Source: Camelus dromedarius
Taxonomy: Eukaryota
NCBI RefSeq assembly: GCF_036321535.1
Contig: NC_087437.1
Coordinates: forward strand, 122,452,001-122,516,000
Length of the DNA: 64,000 nucleotides
Reading direction: 5' to 3'
The notes beneath the pieces are model-generated. The model was not told the origin of the DNA. It ran no database searches and saw nothing but the letters and a program-made list of their open reading frames with translations. A program made the position numbers and the translations under genes. Shown in pieces: positions 35,833 through 48,324 of the stretch. How positions within the stretch are numbered: the first letter of the stretch is position 1; each line of letters starts with the position of its first letter.

Positions 35833-37410
35833 CCCCGGCCTCAGGGCGCGGCGGGCCCCGCGCTGGGCTGGTGAGGCCGCGGGCGCGGGGTCTGGGCAAG
35901 GACGGCCGGTTCTGCCGCGGCCTCCTCCCCCACGAGAGCAGGGTCAGGCCCGAAGCGCGCCAGCGTGTGCAGAGTACGGGCCCTCAGAGCGGGCGGCCGC
36001 CGCTTTTAGGGAGTTTTTACAAATTAGGCTTCAGAGTCATTCGGCTTCGGGGGTTGGGCGGCGCCCAGTCCGCGTCAGCGCCCGGAGGACGCGGCGTGGA
36101 GCCCGGCTGTGGTTGTTGGTCATCGGGCCGGCCGTGAAGTCCTGGAGGGGAAGCTTCCGAATGTTTACCTGTTCGGAAACTTAAGTACACTTTCGACTTT
36201 TAGAATCCGTTTCCCCATAGTCTTATTATTCTTTCTTTAAATTCCAGGTTGAATGTCGGACTGGGGTTGGGCTCGCGGGTTCTTACAGCTGTCGGTCGGG
36301 TAGTTGCGCACAGGTCGCACTAACGTGCTGAAGCCTCGCCAGCTTAGGGGCAGGTGTTTTACAGGTAACGCAACATCTGCTTGCAACTGCCCTGAATTGC
36401 ACGTACAAAATTTTAAAAGCTCTGTGATATATGGCATATTTTTGTAATGGAAGCACAATGGGAAATGGGTGGATTTAAGAGTTGGTGACTAGACGCTTTT
36501 GGGAACCTGAAGAACTCAAATTTAGGGAAGGTTCTGACAAGAGCAATGATCCTGGGTTTGTACAGCCCTCATCTAGAGAAAAGCAAGTAGACGCAGTTTA
36601 CATTTGACACATTTCAGATGTGTCTTTGTAGATTGCTCCTAATTTCTGCTCCAGTGTGTTTGCTATTCCCTCAATTCCTTGTTTTATAGTTGTATGTTTG
36701 AGTTCTTTCTAGGCATAGATGGTTAAATGAGATCGAATCCTTTCCTCAAAGAACTTAATAATTTGTGTGACAGAACACACGTAAAGACTGGCACTTCAGC
36801 AAAAGAAATGCTTCTTATCTATTGAATCGTTTATGCTGTTGTCATTTTAGACATATGTAGAGGATGTACAGATGTGTAAACGGTGTGGGACTATATGTAG
36901 GTGGACAAGAACCTGGAAACTCAGCCTGAGCTGAGGAAGGAGGTGAACTCAGTGTTGAAGGGCGTGGACAGCCAAGGAGGTCGTAGCTCTGGCCTCTGGC
37001 CACCTCCTGGATTGGCCCAACACCTTTCTTTTGGCCCAAATAGGTCAGCGATTACTCGGGCATAATCATGCTTGGCTTTGGTCCCAGGGTGCTTCCACAC
37101 CCTTGATGTTGGCTGCTTCAGCTTTTGTTGTGGTTGTAGCTGACTTGGGCCTCCCCGCTGGACTTGGAGATGCTTTGCCATAGGGACTTTGTCTTAGGCA
37201 GGTTTTTGGCATCTTCGCACAGTTCCATGTGGTAAGTGTCCATGAATCTCCACTGAATTATAACATTTCTGAACTTGGGTTTGGTCAGCTGTAAAAGGAG
37301 GTGAACACCAGCCTTACTGACATCCCACAGTTCCTGTGAAGATTCAGATAGTGTATGTGGAAGTGCCTTGAAACTGGTAAGGTTTTAAAGGAATTAACGG
37401 TTAAAGGAAG

Positions 37411-37413
<3 letters not shown>

Positions 37414-37441
<28 letters not shown>

Positions 37442-37462
37442 GTTTTTGTTTGGGTTTTTTTT
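37414..37462. repeat. (TTTTG)n microsatellite
   Basis: Repeated ttttg units. Confidence 0.85.
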
Positions 37463-39269
37463 TCAGCCTTACTGGTTGCAAGGCCTCCAAGAATTTTGCA
37501 AAAGGAAGATGTTTTTAATGAAACATAGTCCCAAAGCAACTGCATTTAGTTTCATCGTCACGATCATTTTTACATTTCGACCATGTAGAAGTAGAAAGTG
37601 GGACTCTTTGCTCTGTGTGCTGTCTGTCCCCTCCCCCTTTGTGGGGAAGGGGATAAATTTCTAATTCAGAATAAAGTAATGTCAAAATAGGATGCCTTCA
37701 CAGCACTCACATTTGTCTGAGCGAGAAGTTGCTTAAAATTTAGAGACAACACTGTGCTAGGCAGATTGGAGGGGAAAGCAAACAACACAGACAGAATGCT
37801 GCCTACATGGAGACAGATAATCAGTCTTCAATACCTGGGTAACTGAGAATCCTGCATGACCTCCCCTCAGCTGTACCCAGGTACGCCCCTGCCTTTACTT
37901 GTAACTCACACGTGGACTTGTTCTCCAGCAGCCTCACTGGATTCTCCCCAGTCATTGAAATTGGGGCTCGCCCTCAGGGAAGGTTCTGGTTTTAGACTAC
38001 ACTGATTTCTCCCCACAGGGCAGGCTTGTTGACTTTCTGGTATGGATTCCCTAGGGGGAAATAAAGCACAGCTGTGATTTTTTTTTTTTCCTGACTTTTC
38101 CTGGCTGTTTCACCCTTCTTGACTTAGAAGTCTCCTTCAAATTTAGATGAGGATGAAAGGTGGAGCAGAACCTCACTCTTCTTAGAAGTCCCCCACCCCC
38201 ACCTCCATGAAAATATTCAGAAGAATTCACATATGTGGCTCCTCAAAGTATATTAAAATGCCTGTGGATGGAAGTGAGGTTATTAGAGGTATAATCTTCA
38301 TTTTTCTTAAAAAAAAAATGATTCCTAAACTCTTGTGCTTTGCCTGTTATTGTATGAAATGACCTTCGACTGATTTCAGTACTGGACAGTATCTTGGGGT
38401 TGTTGCTACTGAACGGCTTTAAAAACGAGGAGGATGGTATAAAGTTTGTTCTTTGTTTCAGGGGCCTACAGAAGTTTAGAGAGGAAGTTCTTACACAATA
38501 GGTTACATTTGTCTCACTCCTGTTTTTTTCATCCTGGTTAATAGGTCTATTCCCTAGCTTTAACTTTAGTCTATTTCTTGTTTTCCTGCATTGTCGTAGT
38601 GCAGGGGTCCCAGTCTGGATGGAGTCAGCCCAAAGAGGAGGAGCTCTGTCTATGGATGTAGAGGAAGGGGCTTCTTCCTTCTTCTTTCTTTCACAAAGCC
38701 TTTTTCCTCTTTAAATGTCTTTAATTTCTAAAATTTGTCATATAATTCTTAGTTTTCAGAATGACAGACTGATGTTGCCTTCACATCAATAGACATTTGT
38801 TATGCTTCTGAAATATTTTGTGGTATACTGAAGTGCTCATGTCCAAATTCCATTCACCTGTCAAAGCCCAGCCCAAATGTCTTCTCATTGTGACACTTTC
38901 CTGATCACCTCTGATGTGGCTCCTTTCCCGGAATTCTCATCAAATTTGCCTCATCTTTTGGAGTTCTTGCCACTTTTTGTTTTTTGTGTTTCTTATTTGT
39001 ATGTATGTATTCATTCAGTAATTGCTGAGTACCTGCTGGGTGCTTGGTCATGTTTTGGCTGTCAGTGGTCAGGTTTAGCTTTGTTTCTCCAGTGGTCATA
39101 AGGCTTTGCACAATATTGCATTAAAATAGTGATGCAGACACACACTGCAGAGAAATGAAGCAGTTCAAAGGAAATGTTGGATGGAGTGAGCCTCCCTCGT
39201 ACCCCTAGCCTCTCCCCAAAGGTAGCCTCTGGTATCCATTTCTTGTATTTCCTTCCAGAAGCAATCTGC

Positions 39270-40585
39270 CCTGGCTCCCAAACTGTGTTCACACACCTCT
39301 CAGGAGTCCCTAAGACTCTTGCTGGGGGCCAATGAAGGAAGATGTCATTTCTGTTTTCCATTTGTACTGATGGTGCAGAAGCAATGGTGAGTAAAACTGC
39401 TGGTGCCTTGGTGCGAACTGTAGCAGGGGCCCCAAACCACACTGGAGTCACTGCATTCTTCATCACCTCCCTGCTCACAGTAAAATCACTGCCACTCTGA
39501 CTTAGACATGTCCTTCCTTGCTGAAGCAGGGACAGTTGGTTTAAATCTCAACCGCGAGTACTGTTTTAGTCTCTTAGTGAGGAACGGGAGGTGACTAAAG
39601 CATGTCTGCCACACCGAGCGGGCCAGGCCTGTGTGAGGAGCAGCGGTTGTGCAGTTTGAGCTGCAGAACAAACTGGCTGCTTTTGCTGTGGAGCATGATT
39701 TTTACTTGAAAAAATGAGTGGCAGACAAACTACAATTATTCAGAATTGGGTATTTGGCTGACATTTTCTGAAAAATAAATGAAGAACAACTGTCATAAAT
39801 TTATACTTTCAAGCAAAAATTTTAAAATTTAAAATTTTTATCTGCTACCATGAGCTTGACAGCTTCTCAGTCTTCTTAAGGACTTCTTTGATGGGTTCAG
39901 TGGCAAAGTTAATGAATGTGAGTTACTAATGCTATTTAATGAAATGTGTCGACATTTGGAAGATTGGCAGAATTCTGTGAACCAGTATTTTCCAAATGAT
40001 TGGTGCATTATGTTACAAATTCACACATAGGTAAAGGATCCATTCAAAGGTAGACCAGTGGGTTGCAGTGTATCAGCAGGAAAAGTTCATTGATAAGGTT
40101 TTAGATTCTATGTTGCAACTGTTGTTTAAGAAACTACCACTTGCCTCATTTTGGTGTGGTATCAAAGAAGAATGTCCACAACGATCTGAAGAAGCTACTG
40201 AAATAGTCCCCCCTTTTCCAAGCCATGTGTGTGTGTGAGAGACTGGATTTGCTTCATAAACTGCAACCCCACATTCTGCAGCCCACTGAATGCTGACGTG
40301 GGTACGAGAACTATGAGAGTGCAGTTGTCATCTGCGAAGCCAGGTATTAAAGAGGCTTGTAAAAGTAAAACAATACCTGTGCTCAGTAAATGCTGTGGAA
40401 ATCTGTTAATTTTCATTTAAAATATCTTTATGTTAACATGGTAGGTTTATTATAAATTTTTAAAAATTAATTATTAAATTTAAAAAATTTTCACAGTTTT
40501 TATTTCTAATATGATAAACACTGATAGCTCACAAACAAAAGCTCCATGGGGTCCTCAGTAATTTCTAAGAGTGTGTTCTTGAATC
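39270..40585 (+). mobile_element. hAT-Charlie (Charlie1-like) DNA transposon remnant
   Basis: tgtactgatggtgcagaagcaatggtg..aaaactgctggtgcc, gacaaactac..attcaga.ttgggtatttggctgacattttc, and terminal ggggtcctcagtaatttctaagagtgt..aaacctttgagagctgct resemble Charlie1. Confidence 0.75.
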
Positions 40586-42509
40586 CAAAACCTTTGAGAG
40601 CTGCTAGGCCATGTAACACTAACAAAGACCTAGGTGTCATCATGTATTTCTTATACTTTTTATAACATTTTTTAAAGCTGTTGTCTGGTGGAATATGACT
40701 TCTGTTTATATTTGTCAGGGCAATCAGATATTTCAGTTTAAAAAACATATGTTTGAAAATCGTTAAAAATTATACTTACTAACTAGCTGGCTGGTGGTCA
40801 GGGTTCCCCTGGTTCTGTGCAGCAGATCTGCTGTTTCTCTCTTTAGTGTTTACTGAACTTGGGGTCAGAAACCTTGGATGTGAGTCCCTTTATTAGTTCA
40901 TTAGTTTTGGGCTGGAATCTGTTTTGGGTTCTACTTTGTTCTCTGTGGCTGGAAGCTTGGCATTCAGTGGCACTTTGGGGTTGGTGTCTACATTGGATAC
41001 TTGAAAATATGGTAACGGGTTACACATGAAAATCTGTAGCTGGTTATATTCAACTAGTTCAGACAGCTTTCAGGGTATCATGAGCACCAAACAGGGAGTT
41101 AGAACTTTTCCTTTTGGAAGGCTCTTTGGTGCCTTCACCATGTAATCATTCATTTGAAATGGGGACATAAGACACTGTTTTTAGGAAATGAATACTTAAT
41201 TTTTAAATATCCTGCAAAATCAAATGCTCTGCTTTTAAATAGGATTTTAAGTGTTTTAGTGTAGTGTAGCAATATTAAGTTTTAATTTGTTTGTCTTAAT
41301 TACATATTTTCATATATTCCAGAGGAACATAAATTTTTTTTAGTAGATATTGTTCCAAAAAACACATGTACTTTGAAGTTGTTCACAAGTTGAAACTCAT
41401 TAAGCAAAATCATAAATCATATCCTGGATCCGATTGGGGTCTATGAGTGTCTAGTGAGTGTCTAAAGAGGACAACACAGTCCAAGGGCCACTGCCGCCAG
41501 TAGGGGCTTAGGTGTGCTCATTGCATCATAGATGGGTTGGTGATAAACACGAAGCGCTTAGCGAAAAAAATTGGCAATGGAGTGAGATTTATTATATAAG
41601 GTCATTCAGGTAAAGTCAAAATATGTGGACACAAAGCAGGCATACGTTCTGCAGAACATATTCGAATTAAAACGCACTCAGTGCAATAGAATAGTTTCCT
41701 GTGGAGTGGGGGTGGGGGTAAGGCGAGGAGAGGGATAGATCAGAGTGTTGGGGAGGTGAAGAGCAGCTCTGTGGGGAGGGGCCCGGCTGAATACTCAGTT
41801 GTCCGAGCAGAGGCTCTCTGCAGAGGGCAGGGCACGACCTAGTGATTCCCTGACCTCAGGCTGGCCTTCTGTAGGGGGTTAATGTCTACCTGGAGGCTTA
41901 ATCTAGATGTCAGACATTCAGAAGTGTTGATCTTTGGACAACAAATCAAGAGTTTATTTGGAGGAAATCCTTAGTGAGACACTCGGGAAGCGGCAGCAGC
42001 CCATGTCTTCCAGTTCCCAGCAGCCTGGCCTTACCACTTGGCTTGTTTGTTTGGGGAGGATGGGGGGTCAGGGGACGAGGGGGTGCCTAGAGGGCTTGCA
42101 AAACACTAAAAGCTTTCTGTTGAAAACAGTTCACCTGAAGAACAAGGTAATAGCAGAAATTGTAGTATATATATTTCCAGTCATAATAAAATCTTTAAAA
42201 GGTGCCAGAACCACCCTGAGCACTTTGAGTTCTGTCTCGGAAACCAACTGGTGCGCTTATATTGGGAAGTGTTTCCGTGCAGACACATTTCCTGTCTTGT
42301 TCCTGGGTGCTTTAATTCTTTTTCTGGCTGTTCTTCTTTATGGTAATCTATTAGATGGGCAGTCTTGGCCCAGGGATGCCCTTACAGCTGGAAACCTGCA
42401 CAGGGTCACCTGGGGATCTTGGTAAAATGAGGATTTGGATTGTCTCAGTCTAGGGAATGGCCTCAGGGTCTGTAGTTCCGACTGGCTCCTGGGGGATGGT
42501 GATCTCAGT

Positions 42510-42940
42510 TTTTGAAAATTGAAGTATTGTTTACACACAGTAGGCTCCACACTTTCTGGTTGTAGTTGTGTGTTTTTGACAAGCACAGAGGCCATGGAAC
42601 CACCACCACAGTCGGAGTATAGAACAGTGTGATTGGCCCCCAGAACCCCCCGTCCCCCTTGTAGTCAACCTTCCCTCCTCCCACCCCTGGCAACCACTGT
42701 CTGCTCTCTGTCCCTGTAATTTTATCTTTTCCAGAAGGTCATGTAAATGGAATCATTCAGTGTGTAGCCTTTTGAGCCTGGCTTTTTTCACTTAGAGTGT
42801 AAACCCTATCCAAATGTTGTGTCAATAGTTTGTTTCGTTTTCCTGCCAAATAGCATTCCACTGTGTGGATGCATCGGGCTTAGTCTGTCCAACCACCAGT
42901 TGGAGGACCTAAGTGTTTCCAGTTTTTCCATTATGAATGA
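42510..42940 (-). mobile_element. Old L1M 3'-end fragment
   Basis: ccctggcaaccactgtctgctctctgtccctgtaatttt..ttccagaa..tcatgtaaatggaatcat motif. Confidence 0.7.
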
Positions 42941-43006
42941 ATTTTTCATTCAAAAATTTTGGAACTTTAAAAGAAATATAAGTCCATTTTTCCATTGTTG
43001 TTTCAG

Positions 43007-43078
43007 GTGACATCACTCAGAAAGGGTATGAGAAGAAAAGGGCAAAGCTGCTTGCACACTGTGTGCCGCTCGCTCAAG
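43007..43078 (+). CDS. DIP2A: DIP2A exon 2 (72 nt)
   Basis: tttcag|GT...G|gtaagg; GDITQKGYEKKRAKLL. Confidence 0.97.
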
Positions 43079-43299
43079 GTAAGGCCAGCGCACAATCCTG
43101 AAACTGATTGAGAAGTTTGACATTGGTCTGCTTCATATTTTATTAAGGAGGTATGGGCAAATAGTGTATCTAATACTAAATTACAAAATCCAAAGGCATA
43201 GATTACAATTTATAGCTCTGGCTCTGTATAGATTTCATTCCCAAATAGGATTTATTTTATTTTTATGATCATAGACCGTGATTATTTTATGATTTTAGT

Positions 43300-44300
43300 G
43301 AGGAGCATTCCTTGCTCCTGGATCAAATATGGTGAAGATGTCAGTTCTTCCCCCTGAGATTGCTACATAGGGTCAGAACATTCAGTGCTCCAACAGAGGT
43401 TCCTGGATGGAATTTAACAAGCTAATTTTAACATTTATATTGAAGTCTAAAGGGCCAAGGAATTCAAAATATGATTTAAGAAAGAAAAACGAAGTGGGAG
43501 GATTTGCCGATTAGGGTGTGAAGAGTTATTGAGCCTTCGTCACGAAGACAGCCTGGTTTGGCAAGGGATCGACAGCTAGATAGCAGAGCAGGACATGGAG
43601 CCCCCAGTGCTGGCACAGCTCCTTGTCCACATGTGAGACACACGACACCGGACACAAATCAGTTCCAGGCATAGGGAAGGCCTAAAGGTGAAAGGCAAAA
43701 CTGTAGCATCTTTGGAAGATCATACTGGAAGACTGTCACCATCTCTAAGGTGATCCTCTGGGAAGGATTTCTTAAGTCCCTAAAAATAACAAAAAGCAGC
43801 AACCATAAAGGAAAAGATTGGTAAACCGGAGTGTGTTAAAATTAAAAGTTTTGTTTTATCAAAAGTCACCATAAAGAGATTAAAGGCTAGCCACAGAGTG
43901 GGAGAAGATTATCATTAACACACATAACAGAAAAAGGACTGGTGTCCAGATCCTATAAAGCAGCACTGTCCAACAGAGCCTTTTTTTCGATAAAGGGGAT
44001 GGTCTGCAGCTACATTGTCCAGTACACTGTTCACACTGACCACTTGCCACGTGTGGCTATGGAGCACCTGGGATGTGGTAGTGGGACTGAGACACCGGAC
44101 TTATAATTTAATTTTAACTAGTTTAATCTAAATAGCCAGAAAGTCCCCCAACGTGATTTAAAGAAAAGCCCAGTGGAAAAATGGGTGAAGACCTGAATAA
44201 GTATTTATTAGAGGAAACCCTAGAAGTCAGCAAGCAAATGAAAAGATGCGTACCTACCCTTGGTAGTAGTTAGAGAGATGCCAGCTAAACTGAGACTCAC
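43300..44300 (+). mobile_element. Old sense L1M ORF2 remnant with nested MER3-like hAT element (~43960-44137)
   Basis: aaccataaaggaaaagattggtaaa..aaaattaaaag and cagagtgggagaagat L1 motifs; cagcactgtccaacagag..ccacgtgtggctatggagcacctgggatgtgg MER3-like. Confidence 0.6.
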
Positions 44301-45217
44301 CTTGGGTTGCTGGCAGGCTTCAAGCTGGGTGAGCACAGTATGGGGCTGGAAGAGCAGTGGAACTGCAGGGCGGCCAGCAGCTCCCCTTCAGGAATAGCAT
44401 GCCCTTGAGAGACACCGGGTGTCCACACGTGGTCCTGGTTCTGCGCACAAAATTCATTTTCCCCTCAACTGCCAAGTCCTGAAACATCAGCAGAAGGCAT
44501 ACCTGTGTCAGCAAGGATGAGCCCCCTAATGGGAATGACAGAAACGGTTACATGGAATATGGCCATGGAAAACTAAAGAGCATGTGAAAGGCACCACATG
44601 GGAGCCTTTCGTAACTGGTAGAAAAAGACAGGGAGGGAAGTGCCTTCCCCGAAGTGGGCACACATTTTGTGTGGGTGCCACTGGAGGGGCCACAGGCAAC
44701 GCTAGGGCACTTGAGTGTTTATTTCTTAACTGGAGCAGTTGTTACCTTGATTTTTTTTTTCTGTATAATAATTCTTAAACTGAGTATAGGCTTTATTCTG
44801 CCTGTATCGGTGTGATATATTTTATAACACATCAATAACAAGAATGCTGAGGAAGCTTCATATATACGGCCATTCATTCATCCAAAATAAAACAAAAACA
44901 GACTCAGAGTAAAATTGGGGGACCCTACTAAAAAACATCTTAATGCCCATTTGCATGACACCAACAGCAGCCGTCCAAGGAGGGTGGGAGGGCCCACATT
45001 GTGCCCTCAGGCACTCTGCTCAGGTGGCCACTGCCAGTGCATTGCAGTGAGCAGGCCAGTGGACGCAGGACCGACATGCTCACTCACAGGTAGTATTATT
45101 TCATACCTTGAAAACCTAAGTGACTGCTTACTTAACTATCAGAATTAGTAAGAGTTTTTGTTTGACAGAAGATAAATATGCAAGAATCAGTAGCTTTTCT
45201 CTGGCAGTGTTTCTGTT

Positions 45218-48200
45218 TTGTTTTGTTTTGTTTTTTTAATTAACAAGTGTCAATATTTTATTTTAATTAATTAATTAATTTATAACAGACTTTATTCTTT
45301 TAGAGCAGTTTTCAGGTTCACGATAGAATTGAGCAGAAAATACAGAGTTCCCACATAGCCCTCCCCACCCACGCATATATACTCCCCTACCCTCAACATC
45401 CCTCATCAGTGTGGCATATTTGGTACAATCGATGAACCAACATGGGCACATTATTACTATCAACCAAAGTCCATGGTTTACATTAGGGTTTACTCTTGAT
45501 GTACATTCTGTGAGTTTTGACAAATGCGTAATGACATGTAGCCACCACTATAGTATCATACAGAATAATTTCATTGCCCTAAAAATCCCCTGTGCTCTGT
45601 CTATTCCTCTCTCCCTCCCTCCCTCCCTCTCCCCAAACCCCTGGAAACCATGATCTTTTTATTGTTTCTGTAGCTGTGCCTTTTCCAGAATGTCATTTGG
45701 TTGGAATTGTACAGTTTGTAGCCTCTTCAGACTGGCTTCTTTCATTTAGTAATATGTCTTCTAAATTTCTTCTATGTCTTTCATGTCTTGCTAGATCTTT
45801 TTTTTTTAACTGCACATGTATTTTTTAATTTACATATATGTACTGTTCATGGTTTCTAAGAATGTTTAGAGCTTTAGCTTTTTAAACTTACGTAGTTATC
45901 AAAGGAATAAAGCCAACCACAAAAATAAGAATTAACTCAAAAAGATACATATACCCTGCTATTAACAGCAACATTATTTATAATTGCCAAGATATGTAAG
46001 CATCCTAAGTGCACATCAGTAGTTAAATAGATAATGGAGATGCAGTATATATATATATATATACCCATAAGAAAGAAGGATATTTTGCCATTTCCAGCCC
46101 TTCGTTCATTTTTTTTTTCACTTCAAAACCAGAATTTTATAACTGGCAGAGACATTTCTATTATATCAAAACAACAAAATACCTAGAAATAAACCCAGCC
46201 AAGGAGGTTACCTGTATTCTGAAAACCGAAATGACACAAAGAAATGGAAAGCTTTCTTGTGCTCTTGGATTGAAAGAATCAACACTATCAAAATGGCCAC
46301 ACTACCCAAAGCAATCCAGACCCAACGCAACCCCCACCAAAATACTCACGACACTCCTTGCAGAACTAGAACAAACAATTCCAGAATTTGTAACGAACCA
46401 CAAAAGACCCCCAACAGCCAAAGCAATCTTATGTTGATCTCTTTTTTTCTCTTTCTTCTTTCTGTTCTCTTTTCTTGTGGTTTGATGACTTAGAGAAGGT
46501 CCTTCAACATTTGTTGTAAAGCTGGCTTGGTGGTGCTGAAATCTTGTAGCTTTTGTTTATCTGTGAAGCTTTTGATTTCTCCCTCAAGTCTGAAGGAGAT
46601 CCTTGCTGGACAGAGTGTTCTTGGTTGTAGGTTTCCCCCTTGCATCACTTTAAATATACCGTGCCACTCCCTTCTGGCCTGCAGAGTTTCTGCTGAAAAT
46701 TCAGCTGATAACCTTGTGGGAGTTCCCTTGTATGTTATTTGTTGCTTTTCTCTTGCTAATTTTAATATTTTCTCCTTATTCTTAATTGCTGTCAGTTTGA
46801 TGACTGTGTGCCTTGGTGTGCTCCTCTTTGAGCTGATCCTGTGTGGAACTCTCTGCGCTTCCAGGACTTGGGTGACTGTTTCCTTTCCCAAGCTGGGGAA
46901 GTTTTCGGTTATTATCTCTCCAAAAATTTTCTCAGGTCCTTTCTTCTCTTTCTGGGACCCCTTGATGTGAATATTAGTGCGCTTCATGTTGTTCTAGAGT
47001 TCTCTTAAATTATCCTCATTCCTTTTTTTCTTTTTTTCTTTTTTCTGTTCTGCAGCAGTGATTTCCGCTAGTCTGTCTTCCAGCTCACTGATCTGTTCTT
47101 CTGCCTCATTTAGTCTGTTCTTGGTTCCTTCTGGTGTGTTGTCCATTTCAGTGATTTTATTCTTCAGCTCTGTTTGGGTATTCTTTATATTTTCCAACTC
47201 TGCTAAAAACTTCACTCTGTGCATCTATACTCCTCTTGAGTTCTCTGAACATCTTGGCCATCATTACTTTAAACTCTTTCTCGGATGAATTACCTATCTC
47301 CTCATCACTTATTTCTTCTTCTGGGATTTTAGCTTGTGCCTTGGCCTGGGAGATACTCCTCTGCCACCTCATATTGTCTGTCTTTCTGTGTGTTTGTGGA
47401 TTTCCTTCCACAGGCTTTGGGATTATTATTTTCTTATTTCTAGTATCTGCCCCTGGTGGATGAGGCTGGACTAGAGGCTTATGCAGGTTTTCTGACAGGA
47501 GGAGCCAGCGCCTGCCCACTGCTGGGTGAAGCTTGGTCCTGGACCTCTGGTGGGTAGGGCCGCGTCTAGAGGCCTCTGTGGCTCAGGAAGTCTGCTGATG
47601 GGTGGGGCTGTGTTCCCACTCTATATTGTTTGGCCTGGGGCTTCTCTACAGGCTGTTGAGTGGGTCTCGGTCTTGGTGCTGATGATCCAGTCAAGATCCT
47701 CAGCCTCCAGGAAAGCTCATGTAGATTAACACTCCTGGAATGTCCGCCACCAGCTTTTATGTCCCCTGAGTGAGCCGCAGCCATCCCCCATGTCCCTAGG
47801 AGACCCTCCAAATCCAGCAGGCAGGCCTGGCTCAGGTTCCTATGAAATCACTGCCTCTGCCCTGGACCTGATGCATGTGAGTTTCTGTGTACATTTCTCA
47901 AGAGAATGGAGTCTCCATTTCCCCTAGTCCCTTGAGCCTCCTAGAGCCAAGCCCCCTGGCCTTCAAAACCAGATGTCCTGGGATCTCCTTGTCTTCCCAA
48001 TGCTGGAACCCAGGTTGGGGAGCCTGACATGGGCCTTAGAGCTCTCACTCCTGTGGAAGGGCCTCTGCAACTTAACAAATCTTCAGCTCGTGGTTCTCCT
48101 ACCTCGGGGGTATGGGGCCCAATTATATCGCGAGCATACCCCCTCCTACCATCCTGCTGTGGTTCCCTCTTTATGTTTCCATTTGCAGAAGATCTTTTTT

Positions 48201-48324
48201 TGCTAGGTTCTAGTCTTTTTTCAATGGTTGTTTAGCATTCAGTTGTGGTTTCATTGTTGTTGCAAGGAGAGGCAAGCTCGTGGTCCTACCACTCCTCCAT
48301 CTTGACCAGAACTGAGCTCTGAGT
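45218..48324 (-). mobile_element. Chimeric L1-derived retroposed insert (5'UTR + ORF1 + inverted ORF2 piece + captured 3' sequence + A-rich tail) flanked by 11-bp TSD
   Basis: GTGTTTCTGTT at 45207-45217 and 48325-48335; tail 45218-45237; minus-strand AATAAA at 45262-45257; L1 5' start caagatggaggagtgg ~48304. Confidence 0.7.
46490..47372 (-). pseudogene. Disrupted LINE-1 ORF1p
   Basis: MRWQRSISQAK..EKEFKVMMAKMFREL / ..RLNEAEEQISELEDRL / KRTNIHIKG..ENFPSL..TPRHTVIKL..SAETLQARREW..YPA-like CPARISF..EGEIKSFTDKQKL; one frameshift (~47205) and TAG at 46996-46994. Confidence 0.92.

Larger units (their letters stand above)
34400..36350. promoter_or_regulatory. DIP2A: CpG island / DIP2A promoter
   Basis: Very high GC and CpG density spanning exon 1. 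Confidence 0.92.

Noticed and set aside
35568..36184. 235-aa ORF continuing from the DIP2A ATG through intron 1
   Set aside because: Good donor at 35567/35568 and exact phase match to exon 2; the open frame is explained by the stop-poor GC-rich minisatellite
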